DNA of 55,176 nucleotides from Octopus sinensis (lineage: Eukaryota). The stretch covers positions 1 through 55,176 of the forward strand of contig NW_021835858.1 in assembly GCF_006345805.1 (NCBI RefSeq), given 5' to 3'. A program made the position numbers and the translations under genes. This document shows, piece after piece, positions 13,400 to 27,200 of the stretch. The notes under the pieces were generated by a model, which did no database searches, was not told the origin of the DNA, and saw only the letters and a list, made by a program, of their open reading frames with translations. Numbering within the stretch: position 1 is the first letter of the stretch; each line of letters begins with the position of its first letter.

Positions 13400-13710
13400 A
13401 TACATCATCATCATCATTGTTCGACCGTGGTCGAGACAATGGAATTTACCATGTTGCGCCAGACTTCACGGTCCATCATAGCATTACGGAGGTCCTGTTG
13501 CTGGATGCCTGTATCCCTGGAGATTACATCAGGGTAGGAGAGTGTGCGCCCTCTGGTGTTGCGAGTAGATGGCTTCCAGAGGAGAAGAGTAGAAATTACT
13601 TCTTTTTCAGCTCTACAACAATGTCCAGCAAACTGGACTCTCCTACCTTTCACAAGAGATGACACGGTGGTAGGTTTTCCATATATTGCATTTTAGTTGG
13701 ATGGCGCCTC
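13400..13710 (-). mobile_element. RTE-clade LINE 3' end
   Basis: RRVQFAGHCCRAEKEVISTLLLWKP...GRTLSYPDVISRD...AMMDREVWR followed by a (GAT)n tail at about 13404-13417. Confidence 0.8.
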
Positions 13711-13765
13711 CACGAGAGATTTTGAGCTCTCATAAGTATATACATACGTATATATATATATATAT

Positions 13766-13796
<31 letters not shown>

Positions 13797-13823
13797 ATAT
13801 ATATATTACATATACATATATAT

Positions 13824-13863
<40 letters not shown>

Positions 13864-14164
13864 TATATATATATATATATATAATAATATATATATATCA
13901 TATATATATATACACATATATATATACACACATATATATATATTATATATATATATATTATATACACACACACACACATCACATATATATATATATGCAT
14001 AAAAGTGAGTGGATAAACGAAAAACAAAGTACTCAATACAATTAGCTGGAGTTATATATATATTATTATTCTAACAGAGATCTGACTCAATCAAGATCAC
14101 ATTCGCTCAGCGTGCTAACGATTCTGCCAGCTCATCGCCTTATTATTATTATTATTATTATTAT

Positions 14165-14196
<32 letters not shown>

Positions 14197-14242
14197 AAAA
14201 AATAATAATAATAATAATATAATAATAATAATAATAATAATA

Positions 14243-14770
14243 AATGCCTTGGTGCAATGCCAGGCAGTGGCTTTCATGGCTTCTCATCATAACTGATTGG
14301 AAGTGTTACCATGTACATTGTATTGTCCTGATATAAAAGATGGGATACAGCACGTATTCTGTCCAATACCACAGATTTGTCAGTTGTTTGACCATAACCA
14401 GTTGAGCATGTCTCTTACTGGCTGACGACATGTGCATCTCTGATCATGAGCAGAAGTAGTGGGGTAGCATCATAGCCATGTGTTGAGAGGAATTCTTTGA
14501 GGTTTGAATAATTCACCTCTGGAAACATGGGTGTTTCATTCAATATTCTTAAGCATCCCTTATTCAGGGACCTTTTTGAGCGGGATGGGTTACTTGACCT
14601 GAAGAATGTTCTAACTGGGCCCCACCTGCAAGGTCATGCGTTGTTTATCTTGATAGAAGATCTCCATGTCGCGCAAATGTGGTTGTGATGCATGTTCCCG
14701 ATGTACCCTTATCAGACGTGTATGTTACCCCAGTGCCGCTATGATGGCATACACTGCTCTCTCACCAAGA
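14243..14770 (+). repeat. Unclassified non-coding interspersed repeat (family D, about 540 bp) flanked by (AAT)n
   Basis: Homologous copies at 29169-29728 (+), about 17875-18375 (-), about 12272-12710 (-, internally duplicated) and about 585-712 (+); no Pol III boxes or ORF recognised. Confidence 0.8.
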
Positions 14771-14789
14771 AATGATAATGATAATAATA

Positions 14790-15127
14790 TCGCAAAGAAA
14801 GAGGATAAAAAACAAAAAAATACAATCCTTTAAAATTTGAAATAGGAAGAATTTGGAGAATGAGACCAGTAAAGGTCGTGTCTAAAATAATTGGTGCTTT
14901 GGGAACGGTAAGCAAAGATTTAGACAGATGGCTGAAGGAGATTGGATTAGAATGTCCGGTAGAGCTCCTGCAGAAAGTTTGTCAGTTAGGGACAGCAAGG
15001 ATTATCAGGAGGGTTCTAAGCGCTTGAAAGACTGCTGATAACTTGTGGATACCTAAGGTTAGAACTAGTAACCTGCTACCCACATAGATCCTACCAGGAA
15101 TAAGACCGAACCTGAGACAAACCAAAA

Positions 15128-15128
<1 letters not shown>
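14790..15128 (+). mobile_element. R4/Dong-clade LINE 3' fragment (different subfamily)
   Basis: IWRMRPVKVVSKIIGALGTVSKDLDRWLKEIGLECPVELLQKVCQLGTARIIRRVL followed by 3' UTR and an (AAT)n tail from about 15129. Confidence 0.75.
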
Positions 15129-15170
<42 letters not shown>

Positions 15171-15383
15171 CCTTTCTACTGAAGGCACAAGGCCTAAAAT
15201 TTTGGAGGTGGGGACTAGTCGATTACACCGAATCACAGTGTTTTACTGGTACTTAATTTATCGACCCCGAAAGAATGAAAGGCAAAGTCGATCTTGGCGA
15301 AATTTGAACTCAGGGCGTGGCGGCAGGTGAAATACCGCAAAGCTTTTCGTACAGCGTGCTAAAGATTCTCTCAGCTCGCCACT

Positions 15384-15441
<58 letters not shown>

Positions 15442-15661
15442 TCCTTTCTACTGGCCGTACAAGGCCTCAAATTTGAGGGAAGGGATTAAGTCGATTACAT
15501 CGATCTTAGTGCATAACTGGTACTTATTTAATCGACCCCGAATGGATGAAAAGCAAAGTCGACCTCGGCGGAATTTGAACTCAGAACGTTGCGGCAGACG
15601 AAATACGGCTATGCATTTTGCTGGCGTGCTAACGATAATGCCAGCTCGCCGCCTTAATAAC

Positions 15662-15701
<40 letters not shown>

Positions 15702-17199
15702 TTCTTTATTGCTCACGAGGGGCTAAACATAGAGGGGACAAACAAGAACAGACAAAGGGATTAAGTCGATTACATCGACCCCAGTGCGAAACTGGTACTT
15801 TATTTATCGACCCCGAAAGGATGAAAGGCAAAGTCGACCTCGGCGGAATCTGAACTCAGACGTAAATAACAACAATATGTATAAATATCTGAGTGAGTGT
15901 ATATATGACGGTTTCTGATTTAGCCTTAAAGCCCGCAATTTTACAGTATAGGTCCTCGTATTTATACAGGGATTTTATAATTATCGAACTCCGAAACAGG
16001 GAAATTCAATAACGGCGGGATTTGAATTTAGAAAATATTCTGAACAAATACCACAAAGTTATTTTACTGACTCTTTAACGATTCTACCAGCTCACCACCC
16101 TTATAAGGTATCAATAATGTATAAAACACACACACACACACACATACGTACACACACACATCCATACACACATACGACGTACATGATAAATGGTTGAAAA
16201 ATGTTTTGTTTTTTTTTTTCTTTTTCCTAAATGGATTCTGAGAAGAATATTTTTCATTTTGAATGTTTTTAGTTTCAACAGCTATTTATTTCAGGCTAAA
16301 AATGTCAAGTTCAACTTATTGTTGGCAGTTTGTTTTTATTTAAGAGAAAAAGATGATTTATGGATTTTGACTATAAATATCCTTTGGCTTCTCTGATAAA
16401 TGTAAAAATACAGGCGCAGGCGTGGTTGTGTGCTTAAGAAGATCGCGTTGAAACCATGCGGTTTCAAGGTCAGTCCCTCTGCATGGCACATTGAGTGAGT
16501 GCCTTCTACTATCACCCCGAGATGACCGATGCTTCGTAAATGAATTCGGTCGACAAAAACTGTGTGGAAATTCGTCATATATATGTATGCATGCATGTGT
16601 ATACACACACACATACATATGCATATAGTAATAACAACAGTAATCCTTGGATGGAATTTATAAACATTTAATGCATCTCTACGCCCGTTTCCAGAAATCA
16701 CGTCTCTTAAGATCACAGTCCGTATTCCTAGGCTGATTACAGTGCAGTCCGTAGTATCCGTGGATACCGGGTAGATCATCTTCATGGATTCATTTCTTCG
16801 ATATAGCATAAATGGCTGTTTAAGAGAGAGATGTTTATCCCTTCTGACCAGTTGAAGGCTGGTTGAGTTATATATATATATACTCTGGTTGAGTTATATA
16901 TATATATATATAACTCTTCAAAGACGGTTGCTCCCATAAATTCTAAAATAAAATTTACGTGTGTATGTTTGTATGTATGTGCCTGTGTTTGTCCCCCACC
17001 ACTGCCACTTCACAACCGGTATCATTACGTCCTCGTAACTTAGTGGTTGGGCAAAAAGTAACCGATAGAATAAGTATCAGGCTTTAAACAAAAAGTAAAT
17101 AACGGGACCGATTCATTCAACAAAGAAATGTTCAAAGCGGTACCCTAGCATGGTCGCTGTCACATGACTGAAAGAAGTAAAAACAAAAAGATAACGCTT

Positions 17200-17560
17200 A
17201 AAGATAACTTTTCCCTCTCAATTGTTGTAAAAACATCAGCTTTTATGCGCAGAAGCCTTATCTGTTAAAATTCCGATTGCCTCTGCCTTAGTCTGTAAGG
17301 GTCTAACATACTCCACTACATCGCATCCCCTCATTATGACCACCATATTTAAATGTTAAAGAAAAACAAATTTCCATGTTAATGATGTAGGTTCTTTATT
17401 TTGAAGCACCTGCCTCACGGATATTTTGTATCGTCTTTTTTTTTTCTTTTCGCATTTGGTTTGGAAGATTCTTCATGTGAAATATCTTGGAAGATTCTTG
17501 ATGTTAAAATATTTTGTTGTATTTTGGGAGGGTCACTATGCTAATAAAAGCATATTGATT
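17200..17560 (-). mobile_element. Highly decayed Penelope-like endonuclease remnant
   Basis: Frameshifted pieces PKYNKIFNIKN, IW...GMRCS, WSMLDPYRLRQRQ and LTDKAS resemble the same PLE region as 30990-31450. Confidence 0.4.
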
Positions 17561-17829
17561 CTGTTTCACGTCTTTTATTATAATTATAATAATAATAATT
17601 ATTATTGTTGATGTTAAAGCGCCGAGCTAGCAGAGTCGTTGCCACAAAGATCAAAATGCTTTGCGGCATTTCGTCCGACTTTACATTCTGGGTTCAAATT
17701 CGACTGAGGTTGACTTTGCCTTTCATTATTTCGGGATACATAAATTAAGTACCAGTGAAACACTGGAGTCGATGTAATCGATTCGTCTCCTCACCACAAA
17801 TGTGAGACCGTGTGCCTTCAGTAGAAAGG

Positions 17830-17877
<48 letters not shown>

Positions 17878-18559
17878 GAGTGAGAGTGATACCAAGTAAA
17901 ATATACGAAACCTGTATACACATCATGACTACCCGTCTAATAAAGATACACCAAGCACATGCATCACAACCATATGTGCGCGACATGGTGATCTTATATC
18001 AAGATAAACAGTGCATGACCTTGCAGGTGGGGCCCAGCTAATAATTTCTTCAGGCTGATTAGCTCAAAAGGTTCCTGAATAAGGGTTGTTTAAGGATGAT
18101 GCACAACATACCTATGTTTCCAGAGGTGAATTATCCAAACCCCAAAGAATTCCTTTCAACACATGGTTATTATGCTCCCCCACAACTTCTGCTCGTTATC
18201 AGCGATGCACATATTGTCAGCCACTAAGGGACATTCTCAGCTGGTTAAGGTCAAGCAACTGACAAGCAAATCTGTAGTATTGAGCAGAATATTTGTTGTA
18301 GTCCATCCCAAGAGAAAATAATGTACATGATAACACTGCCAATCATATAAGATTAGAAGCCATGAAAGCCACTGCAACGGTCAAAATTTTTAGCGGCATT
18401 TCGTCCGTCTTTACGTTCTGTGTTCAATTGCCACCTTTGTCGACTTCACCTTTCATCCTTTCAGGGTCAATAAAATAAGTACCAGTTACACACTGGGGTT
18501 GATGTAATCCAATCATCTCTCACTCCAAAATCGCTGACCTTCTTACAAAAATTTGAAAC

Positions 18560-19325
18560 CATTGTTATTAGTGGTTTCAGCTTCTAACGCTGGAGATGTA
18601 CTACAGTGTCAGCTGTTCACTACCAGTGAACTAAGGTAACACTTCTTATTTTTCGAGCACCTTCCGGAGTATTCGAGCGGTTCCAAGCAGTGCTATTTTC
18701 TGCAAGTACTCGGCCCTTATTGCAGCCCCTATTTACTCCACGTACTTCTTGAGATTTTTACTCACTGTTCCCAATGCACCGACAATTATAGGTACTACTG
18801 CTACCTTTTCCACCGACCACAACTGCTTAACTTCCCAAGCTAACCTATCATATCTCTCGACTTTCTTCCTAGCCACATACCTTGTTGTCAGCTGGGCATG
18901 CTATATCTATGATCCAGCATAGTTTGTTTGCTTTCTCAATTAAGACTATGTCTGGCTTCCTAGTCTCTATCACATGGTCGCACTGAATCATAAAATCCCA
19001 CAGGATCTTTGCATTATCATTTTCGATGATGCCTTTGGGATTGTGGTCGTACCACTTTTTTGCTCTGTCAAGTCTATACTTGTTGCAAAGTGTCCAATGT
19101 ACAAGCTTTGCTCTATTGTCATGACATCTCTTATATTCCTTTTGGGCTAGTGGCATACATTGGCTGGTAATATGCCGTACGGTTTCACCATTTTCTCCAC
19201 AGATTCTGCACTTAACACTTTCTGATGTGTTGTCTATTTTGTATTTTATGTAGTTTGTTCTTAGTGCTTGCCCTTAGGCAGCACAGATTAAAGCCTTCAT
19301 TTCCGGTTTTAAATCGCTATTATTA
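18560..19325 (-). mobile_element. R4/Dong-clade LINE 3' fragment
   Basis: RCHDNRAKLVHWTLC...WYDHNPKGIIENDNAKILWDFMIQCDHVIETRKPDIVLIEK...IIDIACPAD and VPIIVGALGTVSKNL; TAA/TAG array at 19320-19400. Confidence 0.8.
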
Positions 19326-19357
19326 ACATTATTATTATTAGTAGTAGTAATAGTAGT

Positions 19358-19394
<37 letters not shown>

Positions 19395-20464
19395 CGTTGT
19401 AGTAGTTCTGACCCTTTACGTTCTGAGTTCAAATTCGGCCGAAGTCCCATTTTTTCTTTTCTTCCTTCCGGGGATGGAATAACACAAAATAAAAAGATAA
19501 TTGCTCAAGGCACAGGCAAAGCTATGTGGCTAATAAAGTCGCTTTGCAACCACACGGTTTCGTGTTCAGACCGCTGTGCGGCACATTGAACAAACATCTT
19601 TAGCTGTAGCCCCGAGTCGTGTGAGTTGCCGGGATGTTCATGAGTGGAACACCTTTGATCTTAGGTATACTCTACCAGGTCTTCTATGGATCTAAACAAC
19701 AACGCCATAATTTTGTTATAGGAAATTAGGACTCCCTTCCGTCATGAATGACCATGAAATTGCACCTCGAAAGTTCCTCTCGAAGGAACGAATTCCGGGC
19801 AAGGTTGTTTTATGGAAGACCAGTAGTCACCCATGCATACCAGCCTCCCCACTCCACGTCACTGATGTTATCCAGGGGTAAGGCAAAGGGACCGATACAG
19901 CTTGGCACCAGTAACGTCGCAGCTCATTTCTACAGCTGAGTGAACTGGAGCAACATGAAATAAAGTATCTTGCCAAAAACACAACACACAGCCCGCTCCG
20001 GGAATCGAACTCAACACCTCATGATTGTGAGCCCGACGCTCTAACCACTAACCAATTAGAATATCTTGTCTAACCAATTAATTAATCAAATATGTTTAGG
20101 CGTGTACTCGTCTCATCAAGCTATCAGTGTGGACAGTGATCAGGTGGATCCACCTCTCCTACGAGCCTACTGTTAGAAATAACAACCAGATCATTAAATC
20201 ACACTGTACCGTCTTAAAAAATATGTAGTCCTAGACAGAAGGCACGTAGCCCTGTGGTGGATATGATACACTCAGGATCACAAGATCCTGCTTTCGATTC
20301 CCAGACCGAGCGCTGCGTTATGATCTTGGGCAAAGCTCTTCATTTCACACTACTCTGGTCCACTGAATTGTAAATGACGGGCTGACACTCCGTTTAGGGG
20401 TCATGTTGTGATCTCAGCCAAATATAACTATATTTGCTTTATTTAATATATTTAATTACGTGAA

Positions 20465-20700
20465 GGCGCATGGTTCAGTGGTTAGAGCGTCGAGCTTACG
20501 ATCGTGAGGTTGTGAGTTCGAATCCCGGACCGGGTTGCGTGTTGTGTTCTTGAGCAAGACACCTTATTTCACGTTGCTCCAGTTCACTCAGCTGTAGAAA
20601 TGAGTTAGCGACGTCACTGGTGCCAAGCTGTATCGGCCCCTTTGCCTTTCCCTTGGGTAACACTGGTGGCATGGGTGACTACTGGTCTTCCATAAACAAC
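20465..20700 (+). mobile_element. tRNA-derived SINE family C (clear Pol III boxes)
   Basis: A box TGGTTCAGTGG 20471-81, B box GTTCGAATCC 20516-25, then body TTGAGCAAGACACC...GTTGCTCCAGTTCACTCAGCTGTAGAAATGAG; inverted copy at about 19800-20050. Confidence 0.8.
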
Positions 20701-21281
20701 TATCTAGGTGCAATCCCATGGTCAGTCATATATGTTTACACATATGCATACATACATAGCAACTTACCTACATACATACTTAAGTCTGTATTTATGTACA
20801 TATAAACCAGTGGTGTTTCGTACATGAATGCAAGACATGCAATGTAGGCACGATTCTTCTACGCCAAGCAGTCTGACAATTTTATGAGAGATAGCTGGCT
20901 ACATAGATGCTACATAATTCAACTATAAAGCTTTGAAATTCCAAATGGCATGCGGTGTCTTAAATATATCTTAATTATATATTTATTCTATATGCGCGTG
21001 TGTAGAATATATATATATATATGTATGTATATATATAATATGTGTAGATATATATGTAAATAGATGTACTTTTCCCTTGTTAACAATTAACACGGAAAAA
21101 ATAGATAAATAGTTACCAGGGTAGCAAAAATATCACTCAACTAAAAAGGGTGTAACTCCTTTTATAAAAGTAGAAACTCCAGGTTTACGTGAAATTGTTC
21201 GTATAATAAATAAATAAATAAATAAATAAATAGATAAATAATAAATGGAGTTAAACGCACGTGTTATTCAAATTCTTTTAC

Positions 21282-21366
21282 TTCCGACACATGTTTTGAA
21301 GATATCACTGGTATTATTCCAAAGGAATAAAATGGTGTAAAACAATGTAATCTTCTCTTCAGGGAA
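21282..21366 (-). ncRNA. Type I hammerhead motif with G12A core substitution
   Basis: Minus strand reads TTCC-CTGAAGA-GAAGAT(about 46 nt)ATCTTC-AAAAC-atgt-GTC-GGAA. Confidence 0.55.
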
Positions 21367-21588
21367 ATGAAGAAATGAAACTCGTCAATTAGACATTTTA
21401 ACAGAAAAGGATGGATATGTATAGGGATTAACTGAACGCTATTAAGTTTGTTTTAAAAAAAAGTTACAGGATATAACGTCAAAGATACCATATAGAAAGA
21501 GGAGGGTTAAAGTTAAGAAAAAAAACAATATGTATGTATATATAATGCATATATATATATATATATAATAATATATATATAATATATA

Positions 21589-21622
<34 letters not shown>

Positions 21623-21636
21623 CTTAATATATATAT

Positions 21637-22055
21637 GGCGCAGGAGTGGCTGTGTGGTAAGTAGCTTGTCTACCAACCATGGGTCCGGGTTCAGTCCCAC
21701 TGTGTGGTACCTTGGGCAAGTGCCTTCTACTACAGCCTCGGGCCGACCAAAGCCTTGTGAGTGGATTTGGTAGACGGAACTGAAAGAAGCCCGTCGTGTA
21801 TATATATATATATATGTATATGTATGCGTGTGTGTGTTTGTGTGTCTGTGTTTGTCCCCCTAGCATTGCTTGAAAACCGATGCTGGTGTGTTTATGTCCC
21901 CGTTACTTAGCGGTTCGGCAAAAGAGACCGATAGAATAAGTACTGGGCTTACAAAAGAATAAGTCCCGGGGTCGAGTTGCTCGATTAAAAGGTGATGCTC
22001 CAGCATGGCCGCTGTCAAATGACTGAAACAAGTAAAAGAGTAAAAGAGTAAAGAG
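21637..22055 (+). mobile_element. SINE family B, full-length
   Basis: Near-identical to 54221-54641. Confidence 0.88.
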
Positions 22056-22374
22056 TATATATATATATATATATATATATGATATATATATATATATGCA
22101 TATATATATATGTATATATGTGTATATACATACATATACACACGTATATTATGTGTTGTGTGTGTATGTATATATGTGTATATACATATTCACACACACG
22201 TATATATATACATATACCATATATATATATATAAATATAAATATAAATATATATATATACACACATACATATATTTACATATATATATCTATACATAAAT
22301 AGGTATGTATGCTTATATTCATACATATATATATATACACATCTATAACCGTATATATACTATATAAATTTATA

Positions 22375-22426
<52 letters not shown>

Positions 22427-22589
22427 CCGATATACATACATACATTCATATAATTATATTTATATAATATATATATATACCGATATACATACATACATTC
22501 ATATAATTATATTTATATATATTATATATTTATATCGTGTAGGTTGAGAGAGTGCTTCATCTGGTAATTATCCCAGGGCAATCCCTATC

Positions 22590-22885
22590 AGTTGTACCGT
22601 GTGTTTACTGTGTATGAAATTGAAGGTAATCTCTATGACATATGTTAGGTAAACTCGACAGAGATACAGCCCGGAGCAGTTCAAAATAGAGATAGGAATG
22701 AACTTGATGTACAACTACTGGTACGATGAAGGAAAGAGCTTGGTATAAGATTGGGGAGTGGGGTCTCTTTCGATAAAGGCATGGATATATATGCATAAGA
22801 AGAACGAGGTAAATGCCCGAAAATACACAGTGTTGAGACAAAGTTGAGGTTCTGCACCAGCGCAATACCTCCCATCCTCTGCATG
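22590..22885 (+). mobile_element. Possible decayed Penelope-like GIY-YIG remnant
   Basis: TYVR*TRQR (cf. YVGETRQR) and DW.GV...W.Y..KKNE.NARK...QYLPS (cf. DW....DKE.NW..RKIKEAI.IRK...LPS); weak and frameshifted. Confidence 0.28.
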
Positions 22886-23831
22886 TGTGTGTGTGTGTGT
22901 GTCTGTCTGTTTCTGTATGTGAGTGTGTATGTTTGTGTCTGTGTGGTGTGTATGTACGCGTTCGCACACACACAGTACAGTGGTAAGCATACCACCTAAC
23001 AGGCAGGAGACTGGATGATGGTATCTACTTGCAGGCCTAGATATATCAGCAGCAGTCGTACATCAAAGTATACACACAGAAATACTGTATATACATTTGT
23101 ATATATATTAATATGTAAAGGCAAGATCCTAGGATCTAGGAGTAGGAAGTTAGTGAGATTCAAGTAGTCCATATATGATATAAAAAGACAGCTTTCAGGG
23201 GCAATAGTGGTTTATTGGCGCAGAAGGTTTTTCCCGTATCGAAGTATGATAAGCTAAAAAAAAAAAGTTATTCTATAAATGGCGTTGCTGTATGAGCGAA
23301 CAAACATCTAAAGTAGCTTGCAGTCTACCCATCTTTTGAATAATTAATACTTCCGAGGTTCCTATATATATGAAACTAATGTAGCCTCGATTTTATCCAC
23401 TCCATTATATATATAATATTAGAAAATGGAGAAACCACAGATGAAGCGGCACATCGGTTGGATCACATTTACAGCTTATTTTTTTATACAAAGCATGATA
23501 TAACAAAATAGGTGACGTCACTTATTTTGTTATGTCATGCTTTGCATCAAAAAATAAGCTATAAATGTGGTTCGATCGATGTGTTGGTTAATCTCTGGTT
23601 TTCTCCATTTTCTAATTATTTGCATTGGTTCCTGATAAACTCTTGTTTATCCTGTTGTTATCTGCACTCTACGTGTATGGTGTGCCTGCACACCAATACC
23701 CGGAAATAATACAGGTAACGGATACCGATAGTATATACGGATATTTTATCCCTTAGTCGGTTACTATAATCGCTAACTCTGTTTACATATCTCTCTATAC
23801 ACACACACACACACACACACATCTATATTAT

Positions 23832-23867
<36 letters not shown>

Positions 23868-23895
23868 CGATAGATAGATATATGTGTGTGTGTGT

Positions 23896-24194
23896 GGAGG
23901 CGCAATAGCCCAGTAGTTAGGGCAGCGGACTCGCGGTCGTAGGATCGCGGTTTCGATTCCCAGACCGGGTGTTGTGTGTGTTTATCGAGCGAAAAACACC
24001 TAAAAGCTCCACGAGGCTCCGGCAGGGGGTGGCGATCCCTGCTGTACTCTTTCGCTGCAACTTTCTCTCACTCTTTCTTCTGTTGGCCTGCTCGCTTAGC
24101 CAGCGGGGTGGCGTCATTCGAAGGCTAAAACAATGCGAACGCATTGTGACTAGCGATGTGTAGCAACATCTGATGGTCTGGTCGGTCATGTGAT

Positions 24195-24200
<6 letters not shown>
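23896..24200 (+). mobile_element. tRNA-derived SINE (family C-related)
   Basis: GGAGGCGCAAT.GCCCAGT.GTTAGGGCAGCGGACTC...GGTTTCGATTCCCAGACCGG head; homologues at 51827-52070 (+), about 37870-38150 (-) and about 9528-9800 (+). Confidence 0.78.
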
Positions 24201-24236
<36 letters not shown>

Positions 24237-24240
<4 letters not shown>

Positions 24241-27200
24241 TTCTATAGTTTCAGCTCAGAGCTGTGGCCATGCTGATGCACCGTCGTTTTACAACACTGT
24301 TATTACTGACAGCCTCCTCCAATATGTGGCACTTGGTGGAGAATGGAGTTTGATATACCCTCATTTGTACCTCTTGCCGTGAGGTAGTTTCATCTGGGAC
24401 TCTCGAGAAGAAGAGGTCCAACTTTGATTTAAAACGCCTACATCTACTTTGTGCAGGTTCCTCAAGCTCTTTGGGAGAATATTAAAAAGCTGTGGGCCTC
24501 TGAAACCCAGGCTGTTGCAGTAACTGGTCCTGAAGCGCGATGGCGTTGCGAGGATCTTGGCACTATGCAATGTCGTACCATTCTGGCACTGGTGTAGCTT
24601 TCAATGGCAAAATTTGGCACAATTCCTTCCAGAATCTTCCAGATGTATATTACTACATACCTCTCCCGCCTTCTCTCTAGGGGGTAGAGTCTTAGCTGTT
24701 TCAGCCTTTCCCAGTAGTTGAGCAGTTGCAAAGAGACGATCTTCTTTGTGAATCTTCTCTGGATTGCTTCAAGGTCCGCTGTTAATTTGAGACTGGTGGG
24801 TGACCATAGCTGTGGGCAGTAATCCAGGCAGCTGAGGACGAATGTCCTCCAGAGGTCCATCATGGTTTCCTTATCTCTGGTTCTGAATGTTCTCAGGATC
24901 CATCCAACCAGTCGTCTGCACTTTGTTGCCATCCTGGTAATGTGCACTTGGAAAAAGGTATCATCACTCATGTCGATACCCAGGTCCCTCACTGATTTAG
25001 GCTCTGGGATTGAAATTCCCTGTGGACCAGTGTACCCTGTAAGTTTCATATTCAGTTTTGAATGCTGGTAGCGCAGGGCTTGGAATTTTTCAGCATTAAA
25101 CTGCATATTATTACCCAATTCCTGCTGCATATGTGCAACATCGCTGGGGTTCTGCATTTTCTGCGAGACTTTCGTATCGCCTGCGTAGCTTGCAAGGATG
25201 GTTATCTGGGCATTTGAGGGCACATCTGAGAGGGCCACTATAAAAAGCAGTGGTCCCAAGACAGTGCCCTGTGGAACACCGCTCACTATTTGTGTGTTCA
25301 TAGAGGTGGCTCCGTTAGCCACTACTGCCTGACTCCTATCTTTCATAAAGTCATGTAACCACTCTCCACGTTTTCCAGCTATGCCGAGATCACGCAGTTT
25401 GTGGCATATCATACCATGATCCACCTTATCAAAAGCTTTTGCAAAATCAAGGTATATTACGTTCACATTTGAGTTGTGGAGTAAATGCCTCAACACCTAG
25501 TCATAATGTCGAAAGCCATGCTGGGTATCACTCAGCAAGTTATTTTCCTCAAGGAATGCGATTAGTTTCTTTCTGATTATCCGTTCCATGATTTTGCTGA
25601 TGTGTGAAGTCAGAGAGATAGGCCTATAGTTTTTGGCATCTGCTCTACTTGCCCCTTTATGTATTGGGCATATTATTCCTTCCTTCAGCTTGCTTGGCAG
25701 TTTGCCATTCGCCAGAAAGCTCTGGAAGAGAATCTTGGGGTGGGGGTTGCCAGGGCATGCTTACACGCTTTCAAGAGGATGGCTGAGAAACCATCTGGAC
25801 CAGCAGCTGAGTTTGTGTCCACTTCATCTATGGCTAGTAGGACGTCTTTTTCGCTAATGTCAATACATTCTATTGTAACCGTCTCACTGGTTATAGGTGA
25901 GGCGGCAAATAAGTCCACTGGTTCGTTTACTTGTCTGTGTTCCAACGGGGTAGTAAAGACACTTTTGAACTGGTCATTCTGTACCTCGCTGATCCTAGTT
26001 GGACTGTCTATGAGGAAGCCATCCTTTTGGAAGAGGGGTCCTACCTTGCAGCGTACTGAGGCGGTTTCTTTCGCGTCATGAAAGAAGGCCTTTAGGCTTG
26101 ACTTAATGTTTTTATAACCCAGGCTTCTTTGTTTGCTTTCTCCCTCATATAGGATTGTTGCAGCCTTTTTTTTCAATCTTCATCAATGTTGTTTTTAGGC
26201 GGGACCTTTCATTACTTTTGGGATATTGGTTGAGGCGATTTGCAAAATTTGTCCGTCATCTCACGAGGATCTTCCTCTCCCTTGAAATCTTGTTCCTATT
26301 TGTTTTGGCCTTGTGTTCTGGGACATATTTCTGGCATATGGCTTGCAAAACAGACATGAAACATTCTAGTTTCATGTCTATGTCTAGTGTGGAGAGACAT
26401 TTCGGCCAGTCCTCTCTGAGGATCTCTTTTTGGATCGATTTCCAGACTGCTTTATGGAAGTTCAGATTGGAGAGATTTCGGGTGCTTCCTTTAGGCTGCA
26501 TGTCTCTGGTTACTTTCGGCCCAAACACAGACAGCTCTATTATATTGTGATCCGAGACTAATGATGTCCATATTGTTCGTGAAGCAGAGATCCATTATGT
26601 TATTCGCCCTAGTTGGTCTGAGTACAGCTTACTCCATGAATAGGGCATTGATGAGGTTGAGCAAGGACTCTACTTCGGGCCATTTGACGTTGGGGAAGTT
26701 GAAATTACCCATAAGAAATATTGTCACGTGGTGTTCCAGTTTCATGAGGATTTCTTTAATTCTTGTGAGACAAACTTTAAACTTGCCTATGTGGGCAATA
26801 GGTATTGTATATGACTATATACAATACCTATTGCTTATTATACAATTAGAGTGTCACATACCTAATTTGAGTATGACAGTAAGATCAGAGTGTGAGGGCC
26901 TCATGGAGGTATACAGCAACTCCACCATGGCTCCTTTCCTTTCTGTCTGTTGGCAGTAAGGCATATTTTGGTACGTGTACTTCTGCATCCTATATCAGGG
27001 CTGAGGTGAGTTTCCACAAGTGCTATGCATAGGGCTTGATTGCATGCAGCAAGATCTCACTGGAAAGAAATTTTGCTTTTATTATGATGCAACAGGCCCC
27101 CAATATTTAGTAAAAATATTGGCGTGACGACTGTGCAGGCCATCCCGTGTCTGTTGACTGTAGTGGTCTTGCGAAGTGGTGGACAAGGTTCCTTGTTTGT

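Noticed and set aside
20465-20535. tRNA-like sequence with A and B boxes (also 23896, 51827)
   Set aside because: No complete acceptor stem and continues into a repeated body, so it is a SINE head rather than a tRNA gene
23640-23722. Short open frame ending Q at CAG|GTAACG as a possible Irx exon 1
   Set aside because: In-frame stop upstream, no ATG and no MSYPQ-like sequence
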